Source: an uncultured virus (IMG/VR IMGVR_UViG_3300042429_000720)
Taxonomy: Duplodnaviria; Heunggongvirae; Uroviricota; Caudoviricetes
IMG/VR virus record: IMGVR_UViG_3300042429_000720
DNA length: 57,652 nucleotides
Direction: 5' to 3' (one strand)
Shown: positions 47,910 to 57,282 of the stretch, piece after piece
Layout of the letters: every line of letters starts with the position of its first letter
Position numbering within the stretch: the stretch's first letter is position 1
Notes under the pieces: model-generated
Databases searched by the model: none
What the model saw: only the letters and a program-made list of their open reading frames with translations
Told to the model about the DNA's origin: nothing
Program-made: the position numbers and the translations under genes

Positions 47910-48302
47910 ATGGATAAAAGGTTCTGTACTGTGTGTGGGGATGAGATTAATCCCTTGCGTGTTAAGGCTCTGCCTGAAACTAAGACTTGTATTAATCACT
48001 CTACTGTAGGAGCGAAACGAGGTCGTATTCTCACTTTAGGAGAAGGAGATCATACTTACAATGAGATTGAAATTCTTGACGAAGAAACCTACCGCAAGGT
48101 AGTAGCTATAGAGTTAGGTGTGGATCGTCTAGCAGAAGAGATGCCTGAGATTCAAAACTACGATCAAACTCTGGTTGCTGATGATACTCGTGCATTGAAA
48201 GAGAAAGCAGAGAAGTTTTTGGATGATGAAGAAGATGTAAAACTTCTAGAAGATCCAGATGAAGTAATTGAAGACTCAGAAGAAGAAGAGGAGGAAGAAT
48301 AG
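47910..48302 (+). CDS. DksA/TraR-type zinc finger protein with acidic tail
   Basis: CTVCGDEINPLRVKALPETKTCINHS. Confidence 0.8.
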   Translation: MDKRFCTVCGDEINPLRVKALPETKTCINHSTVGAKRGRILTLGEGDHTYNEIEILDEETYRKVVAIELGVDRLAEEMPEIQNYDQTLVADDTRALKEKAEKFLDDEEDVKLLEDPDEVIEDSEEEEEEE

Positions 48303-48949
48303 TGGAGGAAAGAAAGAGAGGGAGACCGAGTAAGATACTCCTCAGAGAGGATATCGAGCGTGCAATCCGGATGACTAAATCCAATAAGGCTGCCGCTCGA
48401 TACCTTCACTGCTCCTTTCCTCATTACAAAAAGTACGCCAACCTCTTCAAGGCAGAAGATGGAAGGACGCTTTTTGAGACACATCTCAATCAAGCCGGTA
48501 AAGGAGTTCCCAAGTTTCTAACAGGAAGAGCTAAACAAGCTCCTTTGAAAGAGATCTTAGACGGAACGTTCCCAGTAGAACATTTTAAGCCAGCTAAGAT
48601 CAAGGCAGCTCTAATTTCAGAAGGGTACCTAGCCGAGCAGTGTAATAGATGTGACTTTGGAGAAGCTAGATTGCTTGACGGTAAAGTACCTCTCATTCTT
48701 ACTTTCAAAGATAAGAATAAACATAACTACCATCGAGATAACATCGAGCTACTTTGTTATAACTGCTCCTTTCTCTATGCTGCTTCTCCTATTTCCGATG
48801 ATCAGGTAGAACAGATGGAGGATTATGTAGAGCTGCAAGTAAAAGACTATGATTGGGAGATCGATCAAGCACATATCGATCACCTAAAGGAGTTAGGACT
48901 GTGGGAAGATAATAAAAAACCTGGTGAGGAATTTATATCTCGGCAATGA
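48302..48949 (+). CDS. HTH + HNH-like Zn-finger protein
   Basis: AAARYL HTH; CNRC...N...NIELLCYNC; the catalytic His appears replaced. Confidence 0.65.
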   Translation: MEERKRGRPSKILLREDIERAIRMTKSNKAAARYLHCSFPHYKKYANLFKAEDGRTLFETHLNQAGKGVPKFLTGRAKQAPLKEILDGTFPVEHFKPAKIKAALISEGYLAEQCNRCDFGEARLLDGKVPLILTFKDKNKHNYHRDNIELLCYNCSFLYAASPISDDQVEQMEDYVELQVKDYDWEIDQAHIDHLKELGLWEDNKKPGEEFISRQ

Positions 48950-49167
48950 AAGTACCTAAGAAGCGACAAAGACCTCAGCTAGATTCAGAGAAGAATAAAC
49001 AGTTCCTACTAAAGAAGCACGCTGATAAACTTCTTGAACAGGACCAAAAAAATAAAAAGCTGTCGGAAAAGTTGCTCAATCGAGACATCTTTACTATCTT
49101 TAGTGAAGAAGAAACAAATAAAGGTTATGAGCGAGAAGAGAGGACAGACGGAGAAGATCAGATTTGA
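48946..49167 (+). CDS. hypothetical protein
   Basis: ATGA-coupled ORF. Confidence 0.5.
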   Translation: MKVPKKRQRPQLDSEKNKQFLLKKHADKLLEQDQKNKKLSEKLLNRDIFTIFSEEETNKGYEREERTDGEDQI

Positions 49168-49402
49168 CTTCAATACCGCAGGTGTATTAGAGATTCAACT
49201 TCATAACGAAACCTGGTACCGAGTTACTGCTGCTACTTTCCGTGCTTACGACGGACCTCGCCGCATTACCGAGCCTCAGTTTACTGAACGAGGTAACCCC
49301 TGGGTACCTATGCATACCTATGTATACGAAGGACCGGTATATTACTACGGCTCTAATAAGCAAGCTACCAAGCAGAATAACTATACTACCCGACAGCTAT
49401 GA
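49127..49402 (+). CDS. hypothetical protein
   Basis: Promoter motif and GGTTATG start at 49127. Confidence 0.7.
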   Translation: MSEKRGQTEKIRFDFNTAGVLEIQLHNETWYRVTAATFRAYDGPRRITEPQFTERGNPWVPMHTYVYEGPVYYYGSNKQATKQNNYTTRQL

Positions 49403-49707
49403 AACAATTTGTATTTGAATCTCCGCAAGAGTTTGATGCTTTCTTTACCGGAGAGAATCTCAAAGTAACAGAAGCAATCACTGAGGGTATTCGACTGGCT
49501 GTGCAAGCTAAGAAGAGGCATGCCGACCTATTTGAAGTTAGCTTTGAAGGAGGAGATACTGCATTTGATATCAGCCTTCCGTCTATGGAGTGGCCTCAAG
49601 CATTATCTAAATGCCTGGAGATCTATGAGCAGAAAGAGATGTACGATGATGCAATCGATACCTATCAGTTAATCAAACAGATTTCAGATGCAAGAGATCT
49701 TATCTAA
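49399..49707 (+). CDS. hypothetical protein
   Basis: Coupled ORF. Confidence 0.7.
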   Translation: MKQFVFESPQEFDAFFTGENLKVTEAITEGIRLAVQAKKRHADLFEVSFEGGDTAFDISLPSMEWPQALSKCLEIYEQKEMYDDAIDTYQLIKQISDARDLI

Positions 49708-49921
49708 GACTCACTCAGACGGAACTACCATTAGGTACTTTATGTCTGAAAATGGAAGGGTTATAACATCTGAAACCTCTTACAGTAAGGGTCATAAGAG
49801 TCTCTATGAAGAGTTAGAAGAGAAGAATAAAGGACTACCTAAGACCAAACACCAGTACATGACTGATGAAGGTAAGGTGGTAGGATATCTTACTGCAAAA
49901 AAGTTAGGAATTATTACTTAG
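49688..49921 (+). CDS. hypothetical protein
   Basis: ORF. Confidence 0.6.
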   Translation: MQEILSKTHSDGTTIRYFMSENGRVITSETSYSKGHKSLYEELEEKNKGLPKTKHQYMTDEGKVVGYLTAKKLGIIT

Positions 49922-49975
49922 AAGAGTTGGAACCAACGAAGTTAGTTCCTATCTTTAAGTATAATTAAAAACAAA

Positions 49976-50803
49976 ATGGTTATGATGATTTCAAACAGCA
50001 ATGCAGACCGCGTAATGACAATCGAAGAGTTGAAGAAGGTAGTTCCTTTTGCCTTCATCGACAAGCCTACTCGACAGGTATCAGACAAGTACGTTCACGT
50101 ACCTACTAGCCGAGTAATTGAAGACTTAACGACGATGGGATGGGAGCCAGTTCAAGCTGCTCAACGCCGAGGTCGTGCAGGTAAGACTTCTATCTTCTCT
50201 AAGCACATGATTAAGTTTCAGAACCCTAACCTCCTTATCAAAGGTGCAGAAGGTGATGATGTATTTCCTCAGATCATTCTGACTAACTCTCACGATGGTA
50301 CTCAATCATTCAAGTTTATGATGGGGCTGTATCGTCTGGTGTGCAGCAATGGATTGGTAGTAGCTGATGAGCAGTTTGCTAACTTTAAGATCCGCCACAT
50401 GGGTTACTCGTTTGAGGATCTGCAGAAGCTTATTGAGACTGCAGTGCAGGAGCTACCTAAGAAGGTTGAGGTTATCAACAAGATGAAAGAGGTTGTGATG
50501 ACGGAAGAGCAGCAGAAAGACTTTGCTTTGAAGGCTTACCTACTACGTCGTGGTATCGAACTAACCGATGAGGTTAAAGTAGAAGATGAGGTGTTGGAAG
50601 GTATTCTTTCTAGCCGCCGTAAGCAAGACGAAGGAAATGATTTGTGGTTGACTTTCAACCGAGTACAGGAAGCTATCACCCAAGGAGGCTTCAAAGGAGC
50701 ATTGAATGGAGCTAAGGTACGCCAGGTACGTAAGATTCGTTCATTCGAGAAAGACTTGAAGATCAATCAAGACCTATTCGAACTTGCTCTGCAGTATGCG
50801 TAA
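49976..50803 (+). CDS. DUF932/DUF945 family protein
   Basis: S.KY.HVPT, KHMIKF, NSHDG, GLYRLVCSNG, R..D.GNDLW..FNRVQE. Confidence 0.85.
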   Translation: MVMMISNSNADRVMTIEELKKVVPFAFIDKPTRQVSDKYVHVPTSRVIEDLTTMGWEPVQAAQRRGRAGKTSIFSKHMIKFQNPNLLIKGAEGDDVFPQIILTNSHDGTQSFKFMMGLYRLVCSNGLVVADEQFANFKIRHMGYSFEDLQKLIETAVQELPKKVEVINKMKEVVMTEEQQKDFALKAYLLRRGIELTDEVKVEDEVLEGILSSRRKQDEGNDLWLTFNRVQEAITQGGFKGALNGAKVRQVRKIRSFEKDLKINQDLFELALQYA

Positions 50804-50818
50804 GATCAGAGATAAGAA

Positions 50819-50908
50819 AGCTACCCCACCTGTCCGTTTCGAAAGAGACGGGCAGCTGTGGGAGGTAGTTCACAAGACTTCTCAAATGGCGTACGCTGTG
50901 AGGTTGTG
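50819..50908 (+). ncRNA. double-hairpin structured element upstream of the GIY-YIG gene
   Basis: Long GAAA-capped stem followed by a CACAA...TTGTG stem. Confidence 0.5.
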
Positions 50909-50919
50909 TAAGAAAGGTT

Positions 50920-51396
50920 ATGCGTTCGGTGTTGTTGAAAGATTCTATGAGCATGTCTAAGATTAAAGCAATTATCGATCAGAAGTTTAAACTGGTAGGC
51001 ACGATGGCTACCGGGATGAAGGGTGGTGAAGAAGGTAAGAGAGGTAGAAAGGTTAACCCAAGTAAAAGACTTATCTTTAACTTCAACCCAGACCTAGCCA
51101 AAGAAGAAGATGTAGTGTATATGATGTGCGATGGAGAAGAGATTCTTTACATCGGGTATACAGCTAACTCTCTACAGCAACGCTTTGAAGGATACGACAA
51201 AGGCCGCTTTGCAAAGATGGGCGGAACTAACAAGAAGATCTTTAAGAAGATGATTGAGAACGATCACATGCTTGAGATATATTCCACAAAGGGGGATAAA
51301 TTATTCTGGCATGGTGTTATTCTCTCACTAAGCAGGAGCTTGGAATACGCTTTGATTAACAAATACAGTCCAAAGTGGAACAGCAGGGTCCGGTAA
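50920..51396 (+). CDS. GIY-YIG endonuclease
   Basis: VVY...LYIGYT...R...LE..LI..YSPKWN. Confidence 0.8.
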   Translation: MRSVLLKDSMSMSKIKAIIDQKFKLVGTMATGMKGGEEGKRGRKVNPSKRLIFNFNPDLAKEEDVVYMMCDGEEILYIGYTANSLQQRFEGYDKGRFAKMGGTNKKIFKKMIENDHMLEIYSTKGDKLFWHGVILSLSRSLEYALINKYSPKWNSRVR

Positions 51397-51404
51397 GCAG
51401 GGAG

Positions 51405-51461
51405 GCCGAGGGGCGAGCAGGGGGCGTTTCCCTCTCTCGCACCGAAGGTGCCACGCGCATT
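51405..51461 (+). repeat. GC-rich structured element, copy 2 (copy 1 at 9571-9630)
   Basis: Shares the 24-nt core and covarying hairpin. Confidence 0.85.
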
Positions 51462-51501
51462 CTCATCAAAAGCCCGCAGGGCTTGTAATCAAAACTTAAC
51501 A

Positions 51502-51756
51502 ATGGCGTACGGAAGTATTAAATGGGAACCTTGGGTAGTAGTGCTTAAGGATGAAAAGAAGAGGACAGTAGAGGTTGTAAGATTTGACAACTTCGAAGAT
51601 ATGATGATATGGAAGAAGTCCGAAGAAGGGACGGCTGTCCATAACATGCAGTTCCTAACAGTTGTCTCAATGACCGAGCGGTACTATCTTCAGTTATACT
51701 CCTACGAACAGGAGGTGTGGTGGAATGAAGTCGAACATCTAATCAGAAAGCTATGA
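51502..51756 (+). CDS. hypothetical protein
   Basis: ATG at 51502 after an A-rich leader. Confidence 0.6.
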   Translation: MAYGSIKWEPWVVVLKDEKKRTVEVVRFDNFEDMMIWKKSEEGTAVHNMQFLTVVSMTERYYLQLYSYEQEVWWNEVEHLIRKL

Positions 51757-51976
51757 CCAAGAGAATACCTCTAGACCAGGACCCGGCCTTTCGGGACCTA
51801 AATTGGGACCTTCCTTCAATCCAGGAATGGGATAATACATTACAAGACGGACTAGAGGATGAGGAGTGGAGTGATGATGAAGAGTGAAGAAAGAGAAGAG
51901 AATGGCTATGAAGATGGAGTAGATATCTTCTCAGCATACAAAAGAAAAAAGACAACCTTCAGTGAATCTTTAGAAG

Positions 51977-52240
51977 ATGATGAATAAGATAAAATCAACA
52001 CATAAGGCAGAGTTACTCGGCTACCACTGGACAGAGGCATACTCTAAAACTAGGAATACAATCTGGACAAGTACTGGGGAGGAACATCTGGAGGCATGTC
52101 TGAGGATGGTAGAAAATTATGAGAGACTTGTGCTAGACTTTGGTCCTACCTCCCTACAAGGACGTCAAATTGCTAAAGGGACTGTTAATGATCTCCTTTC
52201 TCTCATTAAGATAAAACGTAAGTTGATTAAGAAGGGATGA
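51977..52240 (+). CDS. hypothetical protein
   Basis: ORF. Confidence 0.55.
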   Translation: MMNKIKSTHKAELLGYHWTEAYSKTRNTIWTSTGEEHLEACLRMVENYERLVLDFGPTSLQGRQIAKGTVNDLLSLIKIKRKLIKKG

Positions 52241-52447
52241 TGTTTAGAGGAAACCGTAGCGTATATAAAGATATTTGTATAGAGTGATATAGAGATATGG
52301 AGATATAAATTGTGTGTAGACTTAAAGCAGAGAGTGAAGTTAAAGTAAAGATTCAATAGCTAGTACCTGCCTACCCCTCTTGCAACTTTTTTCTCTATAG
52401 AATTTATTAAATTTTCAACCTTAAAGTAAAGCTTTAAGTATTCAGTA

Positions 52448-52641
52448 AACCGTAGAAAAAACCGTAACCCAGAAAACCGTATGCAGATAATCCTCCTTAC
52501 AATCATCAGTGCCTTAACGTACAGAAAACCGTACCTACTAGGTAACCGTAGCCAGGAAACCGTCCCAGGTAACCGTAGGGAGACAACCGTCCAGAAAACC
52601 GTAGGAGGAAACCGTAGGGAGGGAACCGTCCAGCCAACCGT
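52448..52641 (+). repeat. Array of 12 AACCGT direct repeats (iteron-like)
   Basis: Mostly 12-15 bp spacing; one more copy at 52252. Confidence 0.9.
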
Positions 52642-52713
52642 CCGTCTAGTGATCGATCTAGAGACTGGGACAGTTAAATCAAAGCTTGAAGTTAAAGCAG
52701 AGCTTTAAGTCGG

Positions 52714-53058
52714 ATGTACGTGGTGTATGCTCTGAGGCTGGATGACTATGTAGGTGTCCGCCTCTCTCCCTCTCAGGTTATTCTTAAGGTAGGAGTGTCG
52801 ATGCATGATGCGGAGTACCGCCTAGACGCTAATGAGCGCTACGAAGGTAGAAATTCCTATCGAGCGCTTTTTAAAAAAATAGAAGTACTAGGGCAGAAAA
52901 AATTTAGGACCAAGGTAGAGGCTCTAGGGTATGAGCAAGCCCTACTGCAGGAGTTAGGCAGCAAGGACCTTAGTATACAGGAGCAGGTGAAGGGAGTAAC
53001 TGAGTTGAGAGTTCTGACTCCAGACCGCCTGGCAGTAGTGCATCAGTGGATGAAATAA
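52714..53058 (+). CDS. GIY-YIG/T5orf172-like protein
   Basis: YVVY...LKVGVS...R...EQAL...GVTE. Confidence 0.6.
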   Translation: MYVVYALRLDDYVGVRLSPSQVILKVGVSMHDAEYRLDANERYEGRNSYRALFKKIEVLGQKKFRTKVEALGYEQALLQELGSKDLSIQEQVKGVTELRVLTPDRLAVVHQWMK

Positions 53059-53163
53059 CCTTCAAGCAAAGCTTTAAGTTAAAGTAAAGCTTTAAGTCTA
53101 GAGTATAAGGTACCGGCCCGTCTACTCTTCCGCCTCTCTTCCAAGGGCAGGCCCGTCAACCAT

Positions 53164-53198
53164 CCTAAATGTACGAAAAAAAAAGTTTGTGACCAACT
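53164..53198 (-). promoter_or_regulatory. Leftward promoter pointing into the repeat locus
   Basis: Reverse complement reads AGTTG-~20 nt-TACATTTAGG. Confidence 0.65.
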
Positions 53199-53271
53199 AA
53201 AAAAAAGTTGGATTGAAAAAAGTTTGTGCCTATCTTTAGGTATAATTAAAAACAACAACGTTATTGCAAAC

Positions 53272-53508
53272 ATGAGCTACTGTCGATTTGAGAATACGTA
53301 TAACGATCTTTTAGATTGTTTTGACAATATTTGGAATGAGGCTGAGAATGAGAGGGATGAAAGGTATCGTGTTCGAATGATTCGTTTCCTTAAGGAGCAG
53401 CTTAATGAGATTGAGGAACTGAATGAGGAGTTAGATTTGAATGAAGAGTTAGATAAGCCCGGAATGTTTATCGATGATAAAGAATGGGAAAAAGAAATGG
53501 GTCGGTAG
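53272..53508 (+). CDS. small acidic early protein (MSYCRFENT family)
   Basis: ATG at 53272 after a promoter. Confidence 0.75.
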   Translation: MSYCRFENTYNDLLDCFDNIWNEAENERDERYRVRMIRFLKEQLNEIEELNEELDLNEELDKPGMFIDDKEWEKEMGR

Positions 53509-53562
53509 TTGCCTATTTGAAATATAGTTCCTATCTTTAGTAAACAAATAAAAACAACGGTT

Positions 53563-53895
53563 ATGAAAAATGAAAAGTTAATATTGAATGAGGAGATGGT
53601 TGGTACTTATATCAACCGGGTGCTATGGTCGGATATTATGCCCCTAGGCAGGATAGTATCTATCAAGAGTAAGACCAAGGTACTGGTCCAGAGAGTGAAA
53701 GCAGGAGAGAATAAGGTCAAGATGGAGTTTGTGCCCGGAGGCTTTGCAGGTCATTGTGTCAACAACTACCAGCAGGACTATGACTTCTACGATGAAGGGC
53801 AGCCCTTTGAGCTTTCTCTCAGTAGGAGCTCTATGAAGAGAAGCTTCTTGCAGTTTGCTAACTGCCCGATGAAGCATCACGATTATAACTTCTAG
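53563..53895 (+). CDS. hypothetical early protein
   Basis: Promoter cassette. Confidence 0.75.
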   Translation: MKNEKLILNEEMVGTYINRVLWSDIMPLGRIVSIKSKTKVLVQRVKAGENKVKMEFVPGGFAGHCVNNYQQDYDFYDEGQPFELSLSRSSMKRSFLQFANCPMKHHDYNF

Positions 53896-53971
53896 GAAAA
53901 AAGTTTTGGGAGGGGGTTGGTTTATCCAACCTTCCTTCGTATATTTAGGTACAAACAAAAAAATAAAGGTT

Positions 53972-54124
53972 ATGAATGAAAACATTAAAGAATTGGTGGT
54001 TGAATTTGCAGAAGCATTAGACGAATCAGTTGTAATAGCATTATTTGATGAGCTAAAAGCTGAGGATAAGCCTTTTGCAAAAGAGGCACTACTTCGGTAT
54101 TTGTCAAAATATTTACCAATTTAG
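53972..54124 (+). CDS. hypothetical early protein
   Basis: GGTTATG start. Confidence 0.7.
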   Translation: MNENIKELVVEFAEALDESVVIALFDELKAEDKPFAKEALLRYLSKYLPI

Positions 54125-54215
54125 GTAAGATAATTTCAAAAAAGTTTAGGAGGGGGTTGGTTTTACCGACCCTCTTTCTTATCTTTAGGTATTAATAACA
54201 ACAAACACAACAGTT

Positions 54216-54458
54216 ATGGAATTGAAATTGAAAGAAAGAGTTTTCGGATTTACTTGGAACTTCGAAACTGGTGAAGTAGGAGAAGTGTTTACTGAAGAGC
54301 TTACTTCAAAAGAGGTCCAGTTGATAGGTCGTGTCATGGGAGATGATGTATCATTGATTATATATAACTCAGATATCAGTTTAGTATTTGGTGATGATAT
54401 CGAAAACCAAGATGAATTAGAGGAGATGGGATTAGCTGAAGTAATGGAATTTCTTTAG
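54216..54458 (+). CDS. acidic hypothetical early protein
   Basis: Promoter cassette. Confidence 0.7.
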   Translation: MELKLKERVFGFTWNFETGEVGEVFTEELTSKEVQLIGRVMGDDVSLIIYNSDISLVFGDDIENQDELEEMGLAEVMEFL

Positions 54459-54519
54459 GAGGGGGTTGGTTTATCCAACCCTTCTTCGTATCTTTAGTAA
54501 ACAAATAAAAAAAACGGTT

Positions 54520-54720
54520 ATGGAATTAGTAGAAGTAAAAAATCAGACTATCAATTATACTATCAAATTCGGTGGTAATATTTACAACCTCTTCTATTAT
54601 GAAGATTTGATGTCTTATTCAGAGGAATTGACTGAAGTTTCAACTGGTTTGCCAGTCACAGATGATGATGAGTATGAAGCAGTGATGGAATTTTTTGCTG
54701 ACAATCAGCCAAAGCTTTAA
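54520..54720 (+). CDS. acidic hypothetical early protein
   Basis: GGTTATG start. Confidence 0.7.
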   Translation: MELVEVKNQTINYTIKFGGNIYNLFYYEDLMSYSEELTEVSTGLPVTDDDEYEAVMEFFADNQPKL

Positions 54721-54782
54721 AAAAATAGTTGCTCAATTGAAATTTCGTTCTTATCTTTAGGTAAATAAAAACAACAACGGTT

Positions 54783-54893
54783 ATGGATGTACGTGATGTA
54801 CTTGCTCAAAAGGAATTTGGAATGGATTATAATCAATTAGGTCCAAATGAGAAGGAGTGGGTGAATGATGAACTTGATAATTCCCTTAACTAA
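54783..54893 (+). CDS. 36-aa acidic early peptide
   Basis: Own promoter and GGTTATG start; read by eye. Confidence 0.65.
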   Translation: MDVRDVLAQKEFGMDYNQLGPNEKEWVNDELDNSLN

Positions 54894-54945
54894 TAGTTGG
54901 TTGGTATTAGTCTAGTTACTATCTTTAGGTAAATAAAAACAACAA

Positions 54946-55191
54946 ATGGTTATGGGTTATCCTAGAAATTCAGTTAATCAAGTAGTAGAATATTTGAAAA
55001 AGCATAATTTTCAAACAGAATCTGAAATTCAAGAAAATGTTTGGGGTTATTTTAGAAATGAAACTAGGTTAGCAAATAAGAAATTTGCTGACTTATTAAG
55101 AAGGGGTTTACGTAAAGGTTTATATTATAGAGTTAAACATAAAAAAAATAAAAGTCAATATGTTTATTTTATAGTTCCAGAAAATACCTAA
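54946..55191 (+). CDS. basic winged-helix-like early protein
   Basis: Promoter cassette. Confidence 0.65.
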   Translation: MVMGYPRNSVNQVVEYLKKHNFQTESEIQENVWGYFRNETRLANKKFADLLRRGLRKGLYYRVKHKKNKSQYVYFIVPENT

Positions 55192-55260
55192 TTATAAAGG
55201 GTCTAGTTTAACCCAGATCTTGTTCGTATATTTAGGTATAATAAGAAATAAATAAAGGTT

Positions 55261-55386
55261 ATGAAAAAGAATGATTTGATTGTAGTAATGCAGATAGCTA
55301 TTTCGCTTTTAGATAAAGGTGAAGCAAATAAAGCTAATGGAGTTTTGAAAATAGCTCTAACGGAGGAATTTAGTTCTGGAAAATAG
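55261..55386 (+). CDS. 41-aa early peptide
   Basis: Own promoter and GGTTATG start; read by eye. Confidence 0.6.
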   Translation: MKKNDLIVVMQIAISLLDKGEANKANGVLKIALTEEFSSGK

Positions 55387-55440
55387 TTGGTTGGTATTAG
55401 TCTAGTTACTATCTTTAGATAAATAAAAACAACAACGGTT

Positions 55441-55917
55441 ATGAAAGTAAAAGAATTGAATGAAGGAATTTACAAGAAATTGGTTAATCTAGACTACAGC
55501 CGCAAAGAAAATTATTTGTATAAAACAAATGAAACTGAGTGGTGTGAGTTGGATGGTGAAATAAAAGATACAATTTTATCTTTTCCTATTCTCCAAATAG
55601 ATTGGTATGCAGATCTAATGGATATTGAAGTCCTAGATGGTGACCAACAGTTTTACTTATTTGAAAGTGAAGGTAGAACGTTTCTAGTAGATACACAGGG
55701 TTATAATTACCCACGCTATATCATTGAGTTAAAAGGGTTCAATGGTGTAGATGACACATATGAACGAATGGATGGATTGGTTCGAATTGCTGATGTTGCG
55801 ATTTTGAAATCTGTGGTTAAGAGTTTGGCTTTTGATTTGCAGGAAGAAGGATTTGATAGAGCAGATATCATCAACTTCATCGATGCTCAAATCTACGGAG
55901 CACTTTTAGAAAAATAG
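55441..55917 (+). CDS. hypothetical early protein
   Basis: Promoter cassette; VDTQGYNYPRY motif. Confidence 0.75.
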   Translation: MKVKELNEGIYKKLVNLDYSRKENYLYKTNETEWCELDGEIKDTILSFPILQIDWYADLMDIEVLDGDQQFYLFESEGRTFLVDTQGYNYPRYIIELKGFNGVDDTYERMDGLVRIADVAILKSVVKSLAFDLQEEGFDRADIINFIDAQIYGALLEK

Positions 55918-55974
55918 TTGCCTCCTAAGAGTATAGTTCGTATCTTTAGGTATAATTAAAAACAAACAACGGTT

Positions 55975-56727
55975 ATGATGAATGAAATTCAAGATCCCAA
56001 TCAGCTTACTCTCGGTATTGAAAGCCAAGTATTGACTGTCGATCAGATAGAGCGAGTGGAAGCATTTAAAGAGCGATTGGATAAGAGTAATAAGAATCTG
56101 AAAGCTTCTTTGCTCCGTAAGCAAGCTCTACTGTTAGAAAATGGCTTTGTCGAAGGTAAGGATTTTAGCTTCTCTATGGAGGAGGTAAATGAAAACGTAG
56201 ATGTTAATGCTAATGGCTGGAATGATGCTGAATTAATCGTTACTGTGGATATTCTGCACGTCAAGGGGCAGTGTGCATTACTCTACGATCGATATGAAGT
56301 TACTTCTGATACGATTGTTCAGTCGACGGCTGGCTTTAGTATCGAGCAAAATAAAGTAGAGTGTTATACTATCAATAATAATGGCCGGTGGGTTACCTTC
56401 CGTACGCTAAAAGAGAAGTTGGCTGATAAGAATTCTGCTGCTGAATGGGAGATGATATCTACTCGTAATAGGAAGTCAGTACTCAGCTATACTGCTGAGA
56501 AGTATCAGAAGCTTGCTCCTGGGGCTGAAGTGGTGGTGGGTCGTGATGGTACGTCTAGAGGCCGTGATTACTACTCCTTCGATACTGTGACTGTAAAGTT
56601 TGAGAATGGTAATCTGTTAGTTGTTAAGCCCGGATTTAAGAATGATGAGGAGTCAGTTTATCGCTTTATCGATGTAACGACTACTGGTAAGAGTGCTGAA
56701 GAATTGGCTCAGTACCTCGGTCAATGA
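55975..56727 (+). CDS. hypothetical early protein
   Basis: Promoter cassette. Confidence 0.75.
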   Translation: MMNEIQDPNQLTLGIESQVLTVDQIERVEAFKERLDKSNKNLKASLLRKQALLLENGFVEGKDFSFSMEEVNENVDVNANGWNDAELIVTVDILHVKGQCALLYDRYEVTSDTIVQSTAGFSIEQNKVECYTINNNGRWVTFRTLKEKLADKNSAAEWEMISTRNRKSVLSYTAEKYQKLAPGAEVVVGRDGTSRGRDYYSFDTVTVKFENGNLLVVKPGFKNDEESVYRFIDVTTTGKSAEELAQYLGQ

Positions 56728-56891
56728 GGAGTAAGCTGATCAGAGTCTCTGAAGAGATTGCTAAGACGCTACGGAGGTGGGATCCTAGTTCGCTAGGGTC
56801 CTACTCCATCGAGAGGAAGAAAGGTCCTAGGTACTTCACTGCAGTACAGGATTCGGACGGATGGGATATTATAACCTATTACGTCGACTAA
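56724..56891 (+). CDS. small hypothetical protein (55 aa)
   Basis: ATGA-coupled; read by eye. Confidence 0.5.
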   Translation: MRSKLIRVSEEIAKTLRRWDPSSLGSYSIERKKGPRYFTAVQDSDGWDIITYYVD

Positions 56892-57038
56892 GATATTTAG
56901 CCTCCTGGTTGGGCGCATATACACCAGGGTTGTTGTTTGTCTGGGTTGGGATCCTTCGGGATCTCTTCCTGGTTACAATAGTTGCCTTTAGAGAGTTTAG
57001 TTCGTATATTTAGGTATAATTAAAAACAAATAAAGGTT

Positions 57039-57221
57039 ATGTCAAACATCAAAGAAGAAGCGCTAATGGAAGTCGCTTATGCTTACGCTCATGCAGTAGG
57101 CATCCTCTCAGGCACTATGAATGTCCTGATCGATCATGTAGCTTCTTACACTGAAGAAGAGAAGATCGAGATGATGAAGAAAGCTTTGAAAGAGGCTGAT
57201 GAAGCAATCGCTAATGCCTAA
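57039..57221 (+). CDS. hypothetical early protein
   Basis: Promoter cassette. Confidence 0.7.
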   Translation: MSNIKEEALMEVAYAYAHAVGILSGTMNVLIDHVASYTEEEKIEMMKKALKEADEAIANA

Positions 57222-57282
57222 ATAAGAGTTGGCCCTTCGGGGCCTTCTTCTTATCTTTAGTTAAATAAAAACAACAACGGTT

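Larger units (their letters stand above)
52322..53096. repeat. Seven TTAAAG-N5-CTTTAA palindromic sites (three perfect)
   Basis: At 52322, 52340, 52421, 52674, 52692, 53061 and 53079. Confidence 0.8.

Noticed and set aside
52448..52641. CRISPR array or protein-coding repeat (ORF 52481-52708)
   Set aside because: The repeat is only 6 bp with mostly 6-11 bp spacers, no cas genes are nearby, and the spacing is not a multiple of 3, so the ORF is probably incidental
302..56264. Minus-strand ORFs in the six-frame track
   Set aside because: Nearly all lie antisense to well-supported + strand genes and show no recognisable motifs
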